DNA from: Lama glama
Lineage: Eukaryota
Direction of reading: 5' to 3'
DNA length: 64,000 bases
Assembly: GCA_028534125.1 (NCBI GenBank)
Contig: CM052816.1
Location: 49,664,001 to 49,728,000, forward strand
The translations under genes were made by a program, and so were the position numbers. Positions 38,280 to 49,521 of this stretch are shown here, one piece after another. The notes under the pieces are model-generated. The model was not told where the DNA came from, ran no database searches, and saw nothing but the letters and a program-made list of their open reading frames with translations. Positions within the stretch are counted from its first letter, which is position 1; each line of letters begins with the position of its first letter.

Positions 38280-38830
38280 CTTGACTCAGCATTAGTTTCT
38301 GCAGCAGTGGAGGTCATCAGTAACTCATCCGCTGGTGCTAGTGTTCAGCACAATTATCATGCTATGCTAAGCACAGCAGAGGACTCACACTCCTGCAAGA
38401 GGATGAGATGCTCGGAGAAAGAGAGGGCTGGAGATGTTTAAAGATTTGTTTCTTACATGGCTTTAATTTGAAATCCTTTCATTCTGAAGATGTCTGGATA
38501 TTGAGATAGAGCAAAGGAAAGCAGTACATTCCTGTTACAGATTCAGCCGAGCATCTCCCTTATTTGAAAGGCTTAATCAGCACGCTCAGGAACAAGATGT
38601 GAGACATCTTGAGGCACTGCTGGCTTGTCAGCTGCAGGATCAATAAAATGCAGATGCCATTCTTTGCCACACTCCAGAGATTGAGTTTGCAAAGTGAGAA
38701 GGACTTCACTTTGAGGCCATGTGATTCACGTGGACTTGGCAAAATCGGAGGCATCACTCTAGGGAGGCTTGGCCCCCGCCCGCTGGCCCAGCGGCTCTTG
38801 CTCAGCCTGCCGGGTGACGTCACTCGCTCA
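38280..38830. promoter_or_regulatory. Candidate intronic enhancer or promoter-like motif cluster
   Basis: Motifs: TGACTCAGCA ARE/NF-E2 (38282-38291), CACGTG E-box (38727-38732), TTGGC NFI half-sites, CCCCGCCC GC-box (38774-38781) and full CRE TGACGTCA (38815-38822). There are eight CpGs in about 100 nt against a CpG-depleted background, and no recognisable repeat. Confidence 0.55.
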
Positions 38831-39839
38831 GTTAGTCTGCACAGCAGGGCCTCAGGTCAGAAGGCATTTCCAGGCCACTCAGACAATTCAAGCAAAACAT
38901 TTATTTAACTGATTATTTAAATGATGCCTAAAATCCTCTGGTAATCGATGTTGATTGGACTCATTAATTCAAGATGATTGTTAAACCTGACCAAAGGAAG
39001 CACAATAGCAAAGATGCATAAACACAGCTCACATAGCCCGGAAATGTTGACCATATTCTGCTGTCGTACTCGGCAATGATCCCATTGCCTCTGGGCCCAC
39101 TCTAGAGGTAACAGTAGACAATTTCAAAAATACTGTGACTGTGTGACAACTAGTTGAAAGAGAAGTAACCCACTTGACTGTCAGCCCATTTTGTTAATTA
39201 CTCCCTCTTCACTCAGCATACCGTTTCTAAAAACCTCAGTATCTGTGTGCCCTGGAGAGACTAGGTGAAATAATTTTTCAATTTAAAAGTGCATTATACA
39301 AATAAAATTGTTACAGTGTTAGCTGTAGCTTTTCCTGTTTATATACCTTTTGGATTTATTTTAAGAAATTAATTTTCTGCTAAGTATGAGACTAGATACT
39401 GGGAGGGATGTAATCCCTCTCCAGAATAGGGCTCCCCATTTTGTGGGACGAGAGATGTACCCGCACAGTACATGTGGATGAGCTGTAGGGCAGGGGAGTT
39501 CTGAGTGTGGCTTCAGCGTGGAAGCAGGTTTTCTCTTTTCAATCCTGTCCCTGCAGCCTGGTTGTGAACAGTAGCAGGCAGGGTTCTACATGACAATACC
39601 AGCTGGGACAAAAACAGGTCCTCTCAAATTCCAGCAGCAGGAATTATTTTTGATAAAATTTTAAGGGAAGAATTAGATTCAAAGGTGTTCTTTGTGAGGC
39701 ATGGCCAGTCCCTTCGTTGGGGGTTGCCATGTGCTGTCTGCTGTCCGTCACCCCTGAAGATACTCCATTACTCTTCTCCGTTCAACATCTAATTATTCCT
39801 AGCTCTATTCATTTTTTAATTTCTAAATATGCTTTAAAC

Positions 39840-40700
39840 TTTTTTTTCCATTTCTCCTTCAGACTGCTCCATTTTTCACCTGGACCATGATAGTAGCTTG
39901 CTCTTTGGCCCTAGTTTTGTCCCCCCTTAAATTATTTATATTAAATGAAAATATGACCATAGTTAGAATCCTTCAAAAACTCCACATCATTAATAGAATC
40001 AGTTTTTTCTCAGAAGCTCTTAGGAAAATAATCTAGGCTCTCTCTGCTTCTTCACCCCATCCTTGAACATCTCCTGACCAACTATCTTGGTCTAGTAATA
40101 CTGAACCACCTCCACTTCCCTAATCATACCAGCTGTTTCCTGTCTCTGTGTCTGCCCTCTCTTTCTTCTTCACTATTTTAGCTCCCTCTCTTTTCCAGGA
40201 AATCTTGTCCTGAACCTCAGTCTGGGTGATAATTCCTTCTCCTTCTCCCGTTGAATAATGTGTATCCAACATCACAGCATCTGCCATATTATATTCAAAT
40301 GTTTTCACTTCTTGGTGTGTCTCTCCCACTGGACTGAAGCTCCTTCAGAAAACAGTATAGTAAACCTACCGCAGTAGCCCACCCGCTTCTCACTCAGAGA
40401 TCAGATTTAGTGTCACTTCTCAGAAAGGCTGTCTCTGATCACCTGACACCGCTACCTGGTCCACCTTTTTTTTTTCCTTCACTAACCACTTTATGGTATT
40501 TCCTTTTTTACTTAAGGATTCATTATAGTGTGTCTCTTCACTAGAATATGAACTATGAGAGCTGGGATTTTTTTTTCTGCCTTGTTCACTGTCTACACTG
40601 CCTAGTGTCTGGTATATAGTAAGCCTTTAATAAATATGCATTTTTAAAAACTGAACTGAATGAACGGAGAATAGGTGGATGGATGGATAGATAGATGAGT
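39840..40700 (+). mobile_element. Cluster of LINE-2 3' fragments
   Basis: CCCACTGGACTGAAGCTCCTT; CACTAGAATATGAACT...TGCCTAGTGTCTGGTATATAGTAAGCCTTTAATAAATAT...TGAATGAA. Confidence 0.7.
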
Positions 40701-43700
40701 ATAATGAGAGGACAGTAAATTAGTCAGGATTGAATTAGCCTATTCATATTTGATAAGCAGTATATAAGCCAATAATGGTAGCAGGTCAGTTTTGGATACC
40801 TTTAAAGGAACACAGACCACCATAATACCTCAGTATTTACTTCCATGATTCACTGCCACAGACTGTCACCTGCTGCTTTAATATGTCCCAATTTGTGAAA
40901 ACTCGGTCATATCCTGGGTACCACTAGTGATATTCTACAAGTTTTCTTAATGTTAATTCTCGTATCCTCTACTCTAGTATGTGTAAGCCCACATCCTCCA
41001 TGTAAAATCACCACAGGAGGAAAGGATCCAGGATCCAATTTTGAAGAATTACTGAGCTCCTTACACTATCAATTGACATTATTTTCTGTTTGTGCCAAAG
41101 AGCATTTGGCTTTAATTCCAGACTCATTTTTTTTATGAGTTGAACTTCCCTCCTCACAAGTTTTGTCACTTATGAATTAGCATGGTGACTTTTTTCCCTT
41201 GAAGTATAATTTTGCCTACATGAGGAAACACATGCGGATGTACTTTTCCAACTTCAGAATGATCATCTGAGACCATTTTTCATCAAGCATTATTTTATAT
41301 CCTTCCCTCAGTTATTGATAGTGATAGCAATGTGTATCTCCAGATTGTCTTTCTTTTAAGCATCTTATTGTTCACTGCTTAAGGTCACTGAATCTTAGGT
41401 GTTTAATCATTTGCATTCTGAATTGCAACTTCTTTCGTTTTTATAACTGTTGAATTTAATAGGGCACTGGGGAAGTGGATAGCCCAGGCAAGAAGAAATT
41501 GAATTTTGAATCCTTTATTATGATGACATCCATTTGATTGTGGTCCAAATGATTAGTGAAGAAAAGTTGCTGTTGTGACAACTTTTCAGGGTGAAACAAA
41601 CTATAAGACCTGGATTTGATGATTAGCTTCCTCTTTAGGAAAAAAGCCTTTGATACCAACATTACGCACATGATTATTGAGCTCTTCCTGTGAAGAAGCC
41701 AAGCCACTGTGAACATCTAAGGATACAACAGTAAGATTCAGTGCCTGCTCCAGATGAGCCAGAGTCAGGATCACCTCTTTATCAGCAATAAAGAGAAACG
41801 TGCAAATGTCCTTGTAGAACCAAGCTCATTATTAACAATTTGTAGTTACAAAGGCAAAACACTGTTTATCTTTCATGACTTCACAGCTAGTGGATTAGTT
41901 GTCATCATAACCACAATTTTTTTAATGAAAATAAAAATTGAGGACCACTCAATGTTTAAGGAATTAAACTGATAACCTCACTGATGCACGCTTCACTCAA
42001 GAACCCCCCACAGGGTGTGTTCCCTCTGCTGGGCTTCACTGATTGGCAACACACAGCATAGTATGTAAGTGAATTTTACAAGAGTTTATTTTAAAACAAA
42101 AAAACAGGAGGAATTGAGAACTGAGAAAAGAAATGTTCAATTTGACATTACAGCAATGAGAGCTCATGTGAAAACACTTTATAAGCTGTGAAGTCCTATG
42201 TAAATATAACATGTCAGTTGTTTTTGAAATTATGTTTTGTTTGAAAGAACGGCTGTTGATGGCATGACAAAGATTGGGGGCCTTATGGCAGAGTGAAAAA
42301 AAATGCAACTATATTTTAAAAATTGCTCATTGGTATCTGGCCTGTATGATGATGCAGCAATTCACAGCCAGTGTGTTTTGCTGATACGGTAGCTAATAAG
42401 GTTAAGAGGACTGACAAAGCAGAGACACTGAATAGTGTGGTTTGAGGTCTAATCTCTTTTAAAATGGTTACAAATTCAGGGAGGATATCCAATTCCGCAT
42501 AAGGTCTTTAGAAGTACAGAACTAAGTGGTACAGAATTCTTTCTAAGGCTGCCCTGCAGTTTAATTAATCAAAGCTGGCTCTCTGGCTCTGCCATTCCAC
42601 TGACTGGCCTACAATAAATGGCCTCCCTGCCTGCTGCATTTTCCCATCCAAACATTGTACAAATCAAGGACAAGCATCCTTGAGACTCTTTTTAATGGCA
42701 ATATTCTTAAAAAGCCAGCCTCCTGCAGTTGTTTAAAATCAAAGTGTCATCATGAAAGTTTCTTAGTGCTTTTATGAAATCTGTAAAGATCTTGATGTTT
42801 AAAATGCAAAGCAAAGCAAGAATTCAAAGACTCAACATTTGAATTTTCAATGTTAATTTTTTTGAAATATGAAAATCAGATTATTATCTGTAGCTCCTAA
42901 TACTACGATTCTAAAAATGAATGGCTTCTTACTTAGTGACTTCAAAGTGATACAACACACCTTTATAATGTGCTAAAGAGTTCTAAATGCATGTTTTAGA
43001 AAAGATCTTACTGTGTAAAGTAAACTTATCAAGTGAATGATTTGTGAATTGTCAATCACAAAGGTACAATTTTTGCTGTAGTAATGTAATCTTTACTAAT
43101 AACATCTGATTAAGATGATTACTTATCCACATATTTTCCTTTTTATAAAAAATGTTTAAAGATTTTTAATCTGTTGGGGAAATGTTAGTAAGTAATGTGC
43201 TAAGAGCTGTTTATTGTCTGAGAATGGAAGAGAAAAACACATTTATGCTTAGTGAAAAAAAGGTTACCACTGAGAAACATCTTTGTAACTTTTTAAAATA
43301 TTACAGTCTACCTGCAAGGTTTTTCCTTTCTTATTTTCAACCTCAGTCGGAGTGTAAACATTTAATCACTGACAAATGTTGGAGTTCAATAGTAATTAAA
43401 ATCTGTAATAGGTTTGGTGGTAATCTCTGATCAAATTGACTTATATACGCTAACATTAATAATGGCAGTATGCTCGTTTCATATTTTCAGGAATTTTGAC
43501 GCATTTTTGTAGTGTATTTTGTAATAGGATTATCAAATTAGTTACTATATAACTCTAAATTGGCAAAAAGTTGAATATAGTATATGAAATTTTAATGAAA
43601 TTAAGAAAGCTAGCTATTACTTTTCACCATAGCATAGTATTATTCAAAATTTTTGAAAATGAATTTAAAATAAATGTACTTTCTGGTGAAATTCTATGAA

Positions 43701-44653
43701 ATAAGTAAGAAATTCAAATATATATGATATATAATATATATAATTTTTAGATTGATGTAAATTCATTTTTAATTTTAAAATCTAAGCACATTTGGTATCT
43801 GAGAACGTATTTGAGTACATTATGCTTTAATGTTAGTGTTTTAAATTTTTATAGGGAGAGTTTTCTTGAATTTCCAAATCGCAAATTTAAAGAAAAATAA
43901 AAGAAAAAAACTAAAATGTAAATTCAGTATCTCTGTTGGTACAGTTGTGAATTTTGAATTAAAAATATTAGAAATGTAAGTATTTAATATCTTGATTTAA
44001 TGAGTGGTGTTCATACTGCTGTTTATAATGTCAGAGTTTACCTACTTACTTTACAGAAAGAATTTGTCTGTTTATTCTCTATTATAGCATATCACAAGTC
44101 ATTATTATAATAGTCTTAAATGTGAACAGATTGACATATTGCCCTTTTTGTGGAAGTATAACTGACAGTGGTTATGAAATTTAAGTTAAAAAATGCATAG
44201 TAGAGAGAAGAGCTAAGTCAGCAAGAAAATGATTTTTGATACAAAACTCAGGTGTAGGCTAGTTAAGAAATATTGTATCAACAGATATTCTTGAGAACTT
44301 ATAGTTCATGAAGCATGCTAATGGGAATATAAAAGATGAGACAGACCTTTTAAGGACATTACTTTTTTGTTGATGTGATCAACAATTAAAGTATAACATT
44401 AAATCGTACAGAATCACAATGCAGAGGGGAGTGTTCAGGTGCCACACTCAAAGCAGAGGGAGAAAAGAGTGGCATGAGGAGCAATTATCTCCATCATGTC
44501 ACCAGTAACAAATCTTGAAAGTAGAAGGGGCTCAGAAGGTATGATGGCCCAAATTAAAATCACTTAAAAATTATCTCCCATCAAATCTAACAGCCACGTT
44601 TCGATAGGGATTATTTCTAATACATTCACACTTTTTTCCTGATTTGTTCCCAG

Positions 44654-44835
44654 AATGCTCAGGCCCATTGGGAATTGAAGGTGGAATCATATCCAATCAA
44701 CAAATCACAGCTTCATCTACCCACCGAGCTCTTTTTGGACTCCAGAAATGGTATCCCTACTATGCCCGTCTTAATAAGAAGGGGCTGATAAACGCCTGGA
44801 CAGCTGCAGAAAATGACAGATGGCCATGGATTCAG
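44654..44835 (+). CDS. EDIL3: EDIL3/Del-1 internal coding exon encoding the N-terminal part of discoidin (F5/8 type C) domain 1; equivalent to human exon 6
   Basis: The acceptor is TTCCCAG (AG 44652-44653) and the donor CAG|GTAACA (GT 44836). It is 182 nt, phase 1-0, and encodes (K)[60 protein letters not shown] (inside ORF 44644..44901). It joins the EGF exon in frame (A|AA = Lys). Confidence 0.98.
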
Positions 44836-45429
44836 GTAACAAATGGGATGGGTCAGGGCTACTGTCACGGAATGACCAGAGTCGTTTCAGAAAGAACATA
44901 GTAGGTGCCCACAGTGGGACTTGTCTTCATGGTTGCAGAGGAAAGGATGCTTTAGCTAGAGTCCCAATTGATTGTAAACTCTGAAACTGTGGGAAATGTG
45001 ATCATTCCATTGGGAAGTGCATTAAGAGGGTTAAAAATGTTAAAATTCTTAGATTATAAATATCATTATCTTAAGGTACATATCAAGGGGAAGGTTTTTA
45101 CATTTACCATGTGTTCATTAGTACTTTATCAACATTGCTGCTAAACGTTAACACTTCAAGAATATAAAAATTGTCTTTTCCTTCTATGTCTTATAAGTGG
45201 TTCCATATGTGCAAATATACAATATGTAGAAGCTTAGGGTAATACCACAAATGTCTTCAGCACCTTCTGTCAATAGCTGAGGGTGTTTCAATTCATACTC
45301 TCTTATTTGTTACCTTTTTTTTTAAAAGCATGAGGAAGCAATGACATATGGAAATATTAAGTGATTTCCCAAAGATGTGATGGATGTAGTGATGCTTGCA
45401 TCTTATATTCTACCTAGTAAAACACTTGT

Positions 45430-45900
45430 TGAGCCCTTAGCTGAAGTGAGACAGGAAACTACATATTTAGAGACAGAAAAGGTGGTCAAACTCTGGTTTC
45501 TGTGAAAAATTATACCTGTGTTGATGGGGAGCATGTTAAGAACATCTAACAAGTCATTGATGTGTGCTAATAAAGAGGGAAAATCCAGTATACACTGGGG
45601 ACAGAGGAAGAAGTGATTGTCATGAGAAAGCATGATGGGGAGGGTAGCTTTTGAGATAGGCCTTGGCTTTCACTAGAGACCAGGTGCCAAGGGAACAGCA
45701 TGATCAAAGATGCTAGGTGAGAATCTGGGCAATGACATACAGAAAATTATGACCTGTGTTTAGGTTGCTGGAGGAATGCATTCAAATCCAATGTGCAAGT
45801 TTAGTGTGCCATCAGATTTATACATACTAAAAGATTTTGGCTTTATTCCATCAGAATAAGGAGTTGTTACAGAATTTTGATTTGTTTAGGTAGCTGATCT
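45430..45900 (-). mobile_element. LINE-2 fragment (antisense)
   Basis: GGTAGCTTTTGAGATAGGCCTTG...GGGAACAGCATGATCAAAG...GATTTTGGCTTTATTCC. Confidence 0.55.
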
Positions 45901-47896
45901 GTTTTATCTGTTGACTACATATTTTGAGTCAGAGATAATTTTTTAAATGGGAATGCATGATGTGATGTTATTAGGTGCAAAAAACAGAGGCTGCTATACA
46001 GGCAGTTTTAGAGAAATTGATTTATGGCCAAGTAGTGTAATTTGCATACTTTCAAAACAGGACCAAGCTCTGCTTTAGATATATCTTCAGATTTCTTATG
46101 AATTTTTACATATCCTATATACATTTCTTTTATCTATGTGGTTCCATGTGGTTACTTGATATTCTTGTTTTGTTTTATGAATTCATTTTTGCATGCATTT
46201 GCAGAAATTATTTCCTAACCATGATCTTTCTAATCTATAGCCACATGTGAAAAAATTCCAGATAGTTGAAATGGCACATCTGCACAGTTTGATCATGGAC
46301 TAATGAAGTTACAGTTAAGTTTTAAGTAAACAGAAAACAACAACAACAAAATGCTTGCATTCTATTTGCTTAAAGTCATTCTGGAGACCATTTTTTCAGT
46401 TGACTTTATAAAATGCATTTGTAGGATTGAGGTCATGATAAAACTTTAGAAATTAAGATTCATAGCGGAAATTGCAGAGCAATTGAGAAATGATGTCACA
46501 GGTTTGAATCAGGGTTTCCACTTGACAGATTATGTTTGAGAGTATCAGTGATTACCATGCTTCAGTAAACCATAAATAATATACTTCTGCAGTGTTTTCT
46601 CTGAGAAGCACCTTACGAATGTTTTATGTCCTGATTTTTCACTTTACTTTGTTGTGGTTTATTGCCTAGTTAACATTATGCAATGCTCTGTCTTTCAAAG
46701 TATGAATGAATTTTAAGTTTTCTTATTCCCGGCAATTATAGGTAGAAATATCCTCAATGGAACAATAGTTGTCTCTTAGAGGAATTTAGAGTAAATATAA
46801 TTTTATCAACCTCAGTAGAATAGTTAAATACTTCTTTTAAGGATAGTCTATTACTATTATTGCTAGTTTTCTTATTATTTTGCTTTTAGTGTGAAGATAG
46901 TAACTGAGAAAAACAGTAAAAGTAAATAAAAAGAGTTTATATTAGGTGAAGAAATCTTACATATAATGGAAGGAAAATTGAAAACTCACCATTGTTCAAA
47001 ATATACTTCATGATTGTGTTTGGAGTACATATTGTGCTATAGTATTCTTTAATAACATCTTATTTTCTAAGTTATTTTTCTGGAAAGAAAAAGTGTATCC
47101 CTTTCTTAAAGGAAAACCATATCTAAGAGGCTCTGGGAAGTCTAATCCTGTTCCTCATTTTCTGTGTTTGAGCATTATTAATTTCCCTTGTCACTTAACT
47201 CTTATTTATATTCAGGCCTTCAAATGAAACATTTGAGCGCTTTGCTTAAACTCACTTATAATGAGCACAGTATTCCCCTAATCTTTCAGGTGTATGAGAC
47301 ACATGCACTAATTAGTATTCAATTTCATTTTCTTCCTCATCTTGATGAAATGAAAATTGAAATTGCCATTTTAAATTTACACACTCAGCATGTAATTATG
47401 GATAGCACCACAGTGTTCATAATTGGTTCTGAATTTAAGGAGTTAGTGCAGTAAATACAGTTAAACAAAAACCTTATTTTATCCTTTTATTCAATTTTTC
47501 TGACCGTTAATTCCTCGCCTAGATTTTTATCCAAGTAATAAATAACCACCATCTTAAACACTAACTAGTTCATTGGCTTCCTGGAATATCAATTTTTCTT
47601 TCTGGCTGATGCGTTAGAAATTACCTCACACAGTTATGGAAATAGGTCTTGTGTTATCTCATATAACAATGTAGAAGTTTATCTAAACCTTCTGGGAACT
47701 TAACTCACTGAATAAGGTCAGTCAGGCTGATTATTTATTATTTATTTTAAAAGATATTTATTTTCTATTCCTCTTATTTTTCTTTTCTTTATAGCTGTAA
47801 CGTGGTAAAAATCTCCATTTTATTGTTTTTTAATTTCTCAAATGATTTTGTTTGTATGTGTTCTTTCTGGAATGAATATACATTGAATTTCCAGCC

Positions 47897-48020
47897 ATTT
47901 ATTTATTCACTCATTCAACAAATATTCACTAAATGAATGTCTACTCTGTAGTCTGTTCTCTCCTGGGCAGTAGAAAAAAGACAGCCCTTGCCTACAGGAT
48001 GCTCTAAATCAAGGATATAG
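47897..48020 (-). mobile_element. LINE-2 3' terminus (antisense)
   Basis: ATTTATTTATTCACTCATTCAACAAATATTCACT...GTCTACTCTGT. Confidence 0.65.
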
Positions 48021-48635
48021 ATAAGGAAATAGAGTAAATATAATAATATAACATACATAATCTGATCTTACATCATCTGCTAACCATTTTATTTGAACCA
48101 TAATATTTTACTATTATCCAGGTAGTCTATTTTAAAAGAGTTTTTGTTAAACTAAAGACTAGTTTAGCATAATATTTGTAGAATATGAAAGTAGAGAAAT
48201 CCCCATTACACCATGTATTACCTAGCTAAATTATTACATGCTGATCTATTTGATGAGTATACTATGGCAAAGCCATAATTTTCCTTGGAAAATTACTTTA
48301 CCGGTGTTTGTTTCAGCGCTAATATTTTATTACTGAGAAAAATAGGTTTTGATCTTTCTATTTTAAATAATGCATTACCCTTTTAGAAAATGTGAGTATG
48401 ATCTTAATATATTCCTTTTCTATATGCCAGAGTTATTTCTCAAACTTTAATGTGCACAGTAATCACATGGATCACTGGGTAAAAACAGAAGCTTCTGGAT
48501 TGCCCTACAGACCTATTTATTACAGATCATCCTCAGATTGACTGTAAAAACAAGTCTCATCAGCTCATAAAGCCTGGATTTGTACTGCCTGAAATACATT
48601 AAAAATAAATAAATATAATTTAAAAAGCACTTTTG

Positions 48636-48993
48636 TACCATATGATAGCACTCACATGTAGAATCTTTTAAAATGACAAAAATGAATTTATTTACAAAAC
48701 AGAAATAGACTCACAAACATAGAAAACAAACTTATGGTTACCAGTGGGCAAAGAAGGGAGGGTGGAGGGATAAATTAGGAGTTCGGGATTTGCAGATACT
48801 AACCACTATATATAAAATAGATAAATAACAAAGTCCTACTGTATATAGCACAGGGAACTACATTCAATATCTTATAATAGTCTATAATGAAAAAGAATGT
48901 AAAAACGAATATATATGTATAACTGACTCACTATGCTAAACACTAGAAATTAATGTAACATTCATTATAAACTGACTATACTTCAATCAAAAG
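48636..48993 (+). mobile_element. Artiodactyl-type L1 3' UTR, sense orientation
   Basis: TTTACAAAACAGAAATAGACTCACAAACATAGAAAACAAACTTATGGTTACCA...TATAGCACAGGGAACTA...ACTGACTATACTTCAAT. Confidence 0.9.
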
Positions 48994-49016
48994 GGGGAAA
49001 TTTTTAAAATTAAAAC

Positions 49017-49521
49017 TTTTTTTTTTGAATAAAGGTAGATTTATTTAAAGAGATACATCGAAAGGCAAGAGAAGGGCCATGAGGTGTAGGGGTTGGGTGC
49101 TCAGATTGGAGTAAAAGTAGGTACACACTCCATAGACAGAGCGGCCGTCTCTGAAGAGAGAGCGAGAGAGCGGGAGCAGCGAGCTAGCGAGCAGCGGCTG
49201 TGGCGCCCATTTTTATGGGCTTGGTGGCTTCATATGCAAATAAGTAGAAGGACCAGTCTAACTAGTCTGGAGAAGGGGCTGGGATTCCCAGGAAGTTGGC
49301 CATTTCCCAGTCTTTGACCTTTTGTGGCTAGCCTTGGGACTGTCATGGCGCCTGTGGGCATGTTTATTCACCTTGTTAATATATTACAGTGGGCATATTA
49401 TGAAGCTCAAGGTCTACTAAAACTTAAATCTCCTGCATCTTAAGCCTCAAGGCTTACTAGGGGTTGAATCTTTTACCATTTTGATGTTAATTGCTGTAGC
49501 ATTCCTAGAATGGCTATGCCC
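49017..49521 (-). mobile_element. ERV1-class (MER41-like) LTR U3-R segment ending in poly(A)
   Basis: On the minus strand: CCCACAGGCGCCATGACAG (MER41-like), octamer ATTTGCAT, TATA-like CATAAAAA, a CpG-rich R-like segment, AATAAA (plus-strand TTTATT 49040-49045) and then A10 (T run 49017-49026). Confidence 0.7.

Larger units (their letters stand above)
16127..44653 (+). other. EDIL3: EDIL3 intron between the EGF3 and discoidin exons (28,527 nt, phase 1, GT-AG)
   Basis: It begins GTAAGT and ends CCCAG. The flanking exons join in frame to give ...NCQYKCSGPLG... Confidence 0.93.

Noticed and set aside
44644..44901. ORF-track 85-aa ORF as a standalone gene
   Set aside because: It is the EDIL3 exon plus flanking intron. 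The 'start' is a TTG in the acceptor's pyrimidine tract.
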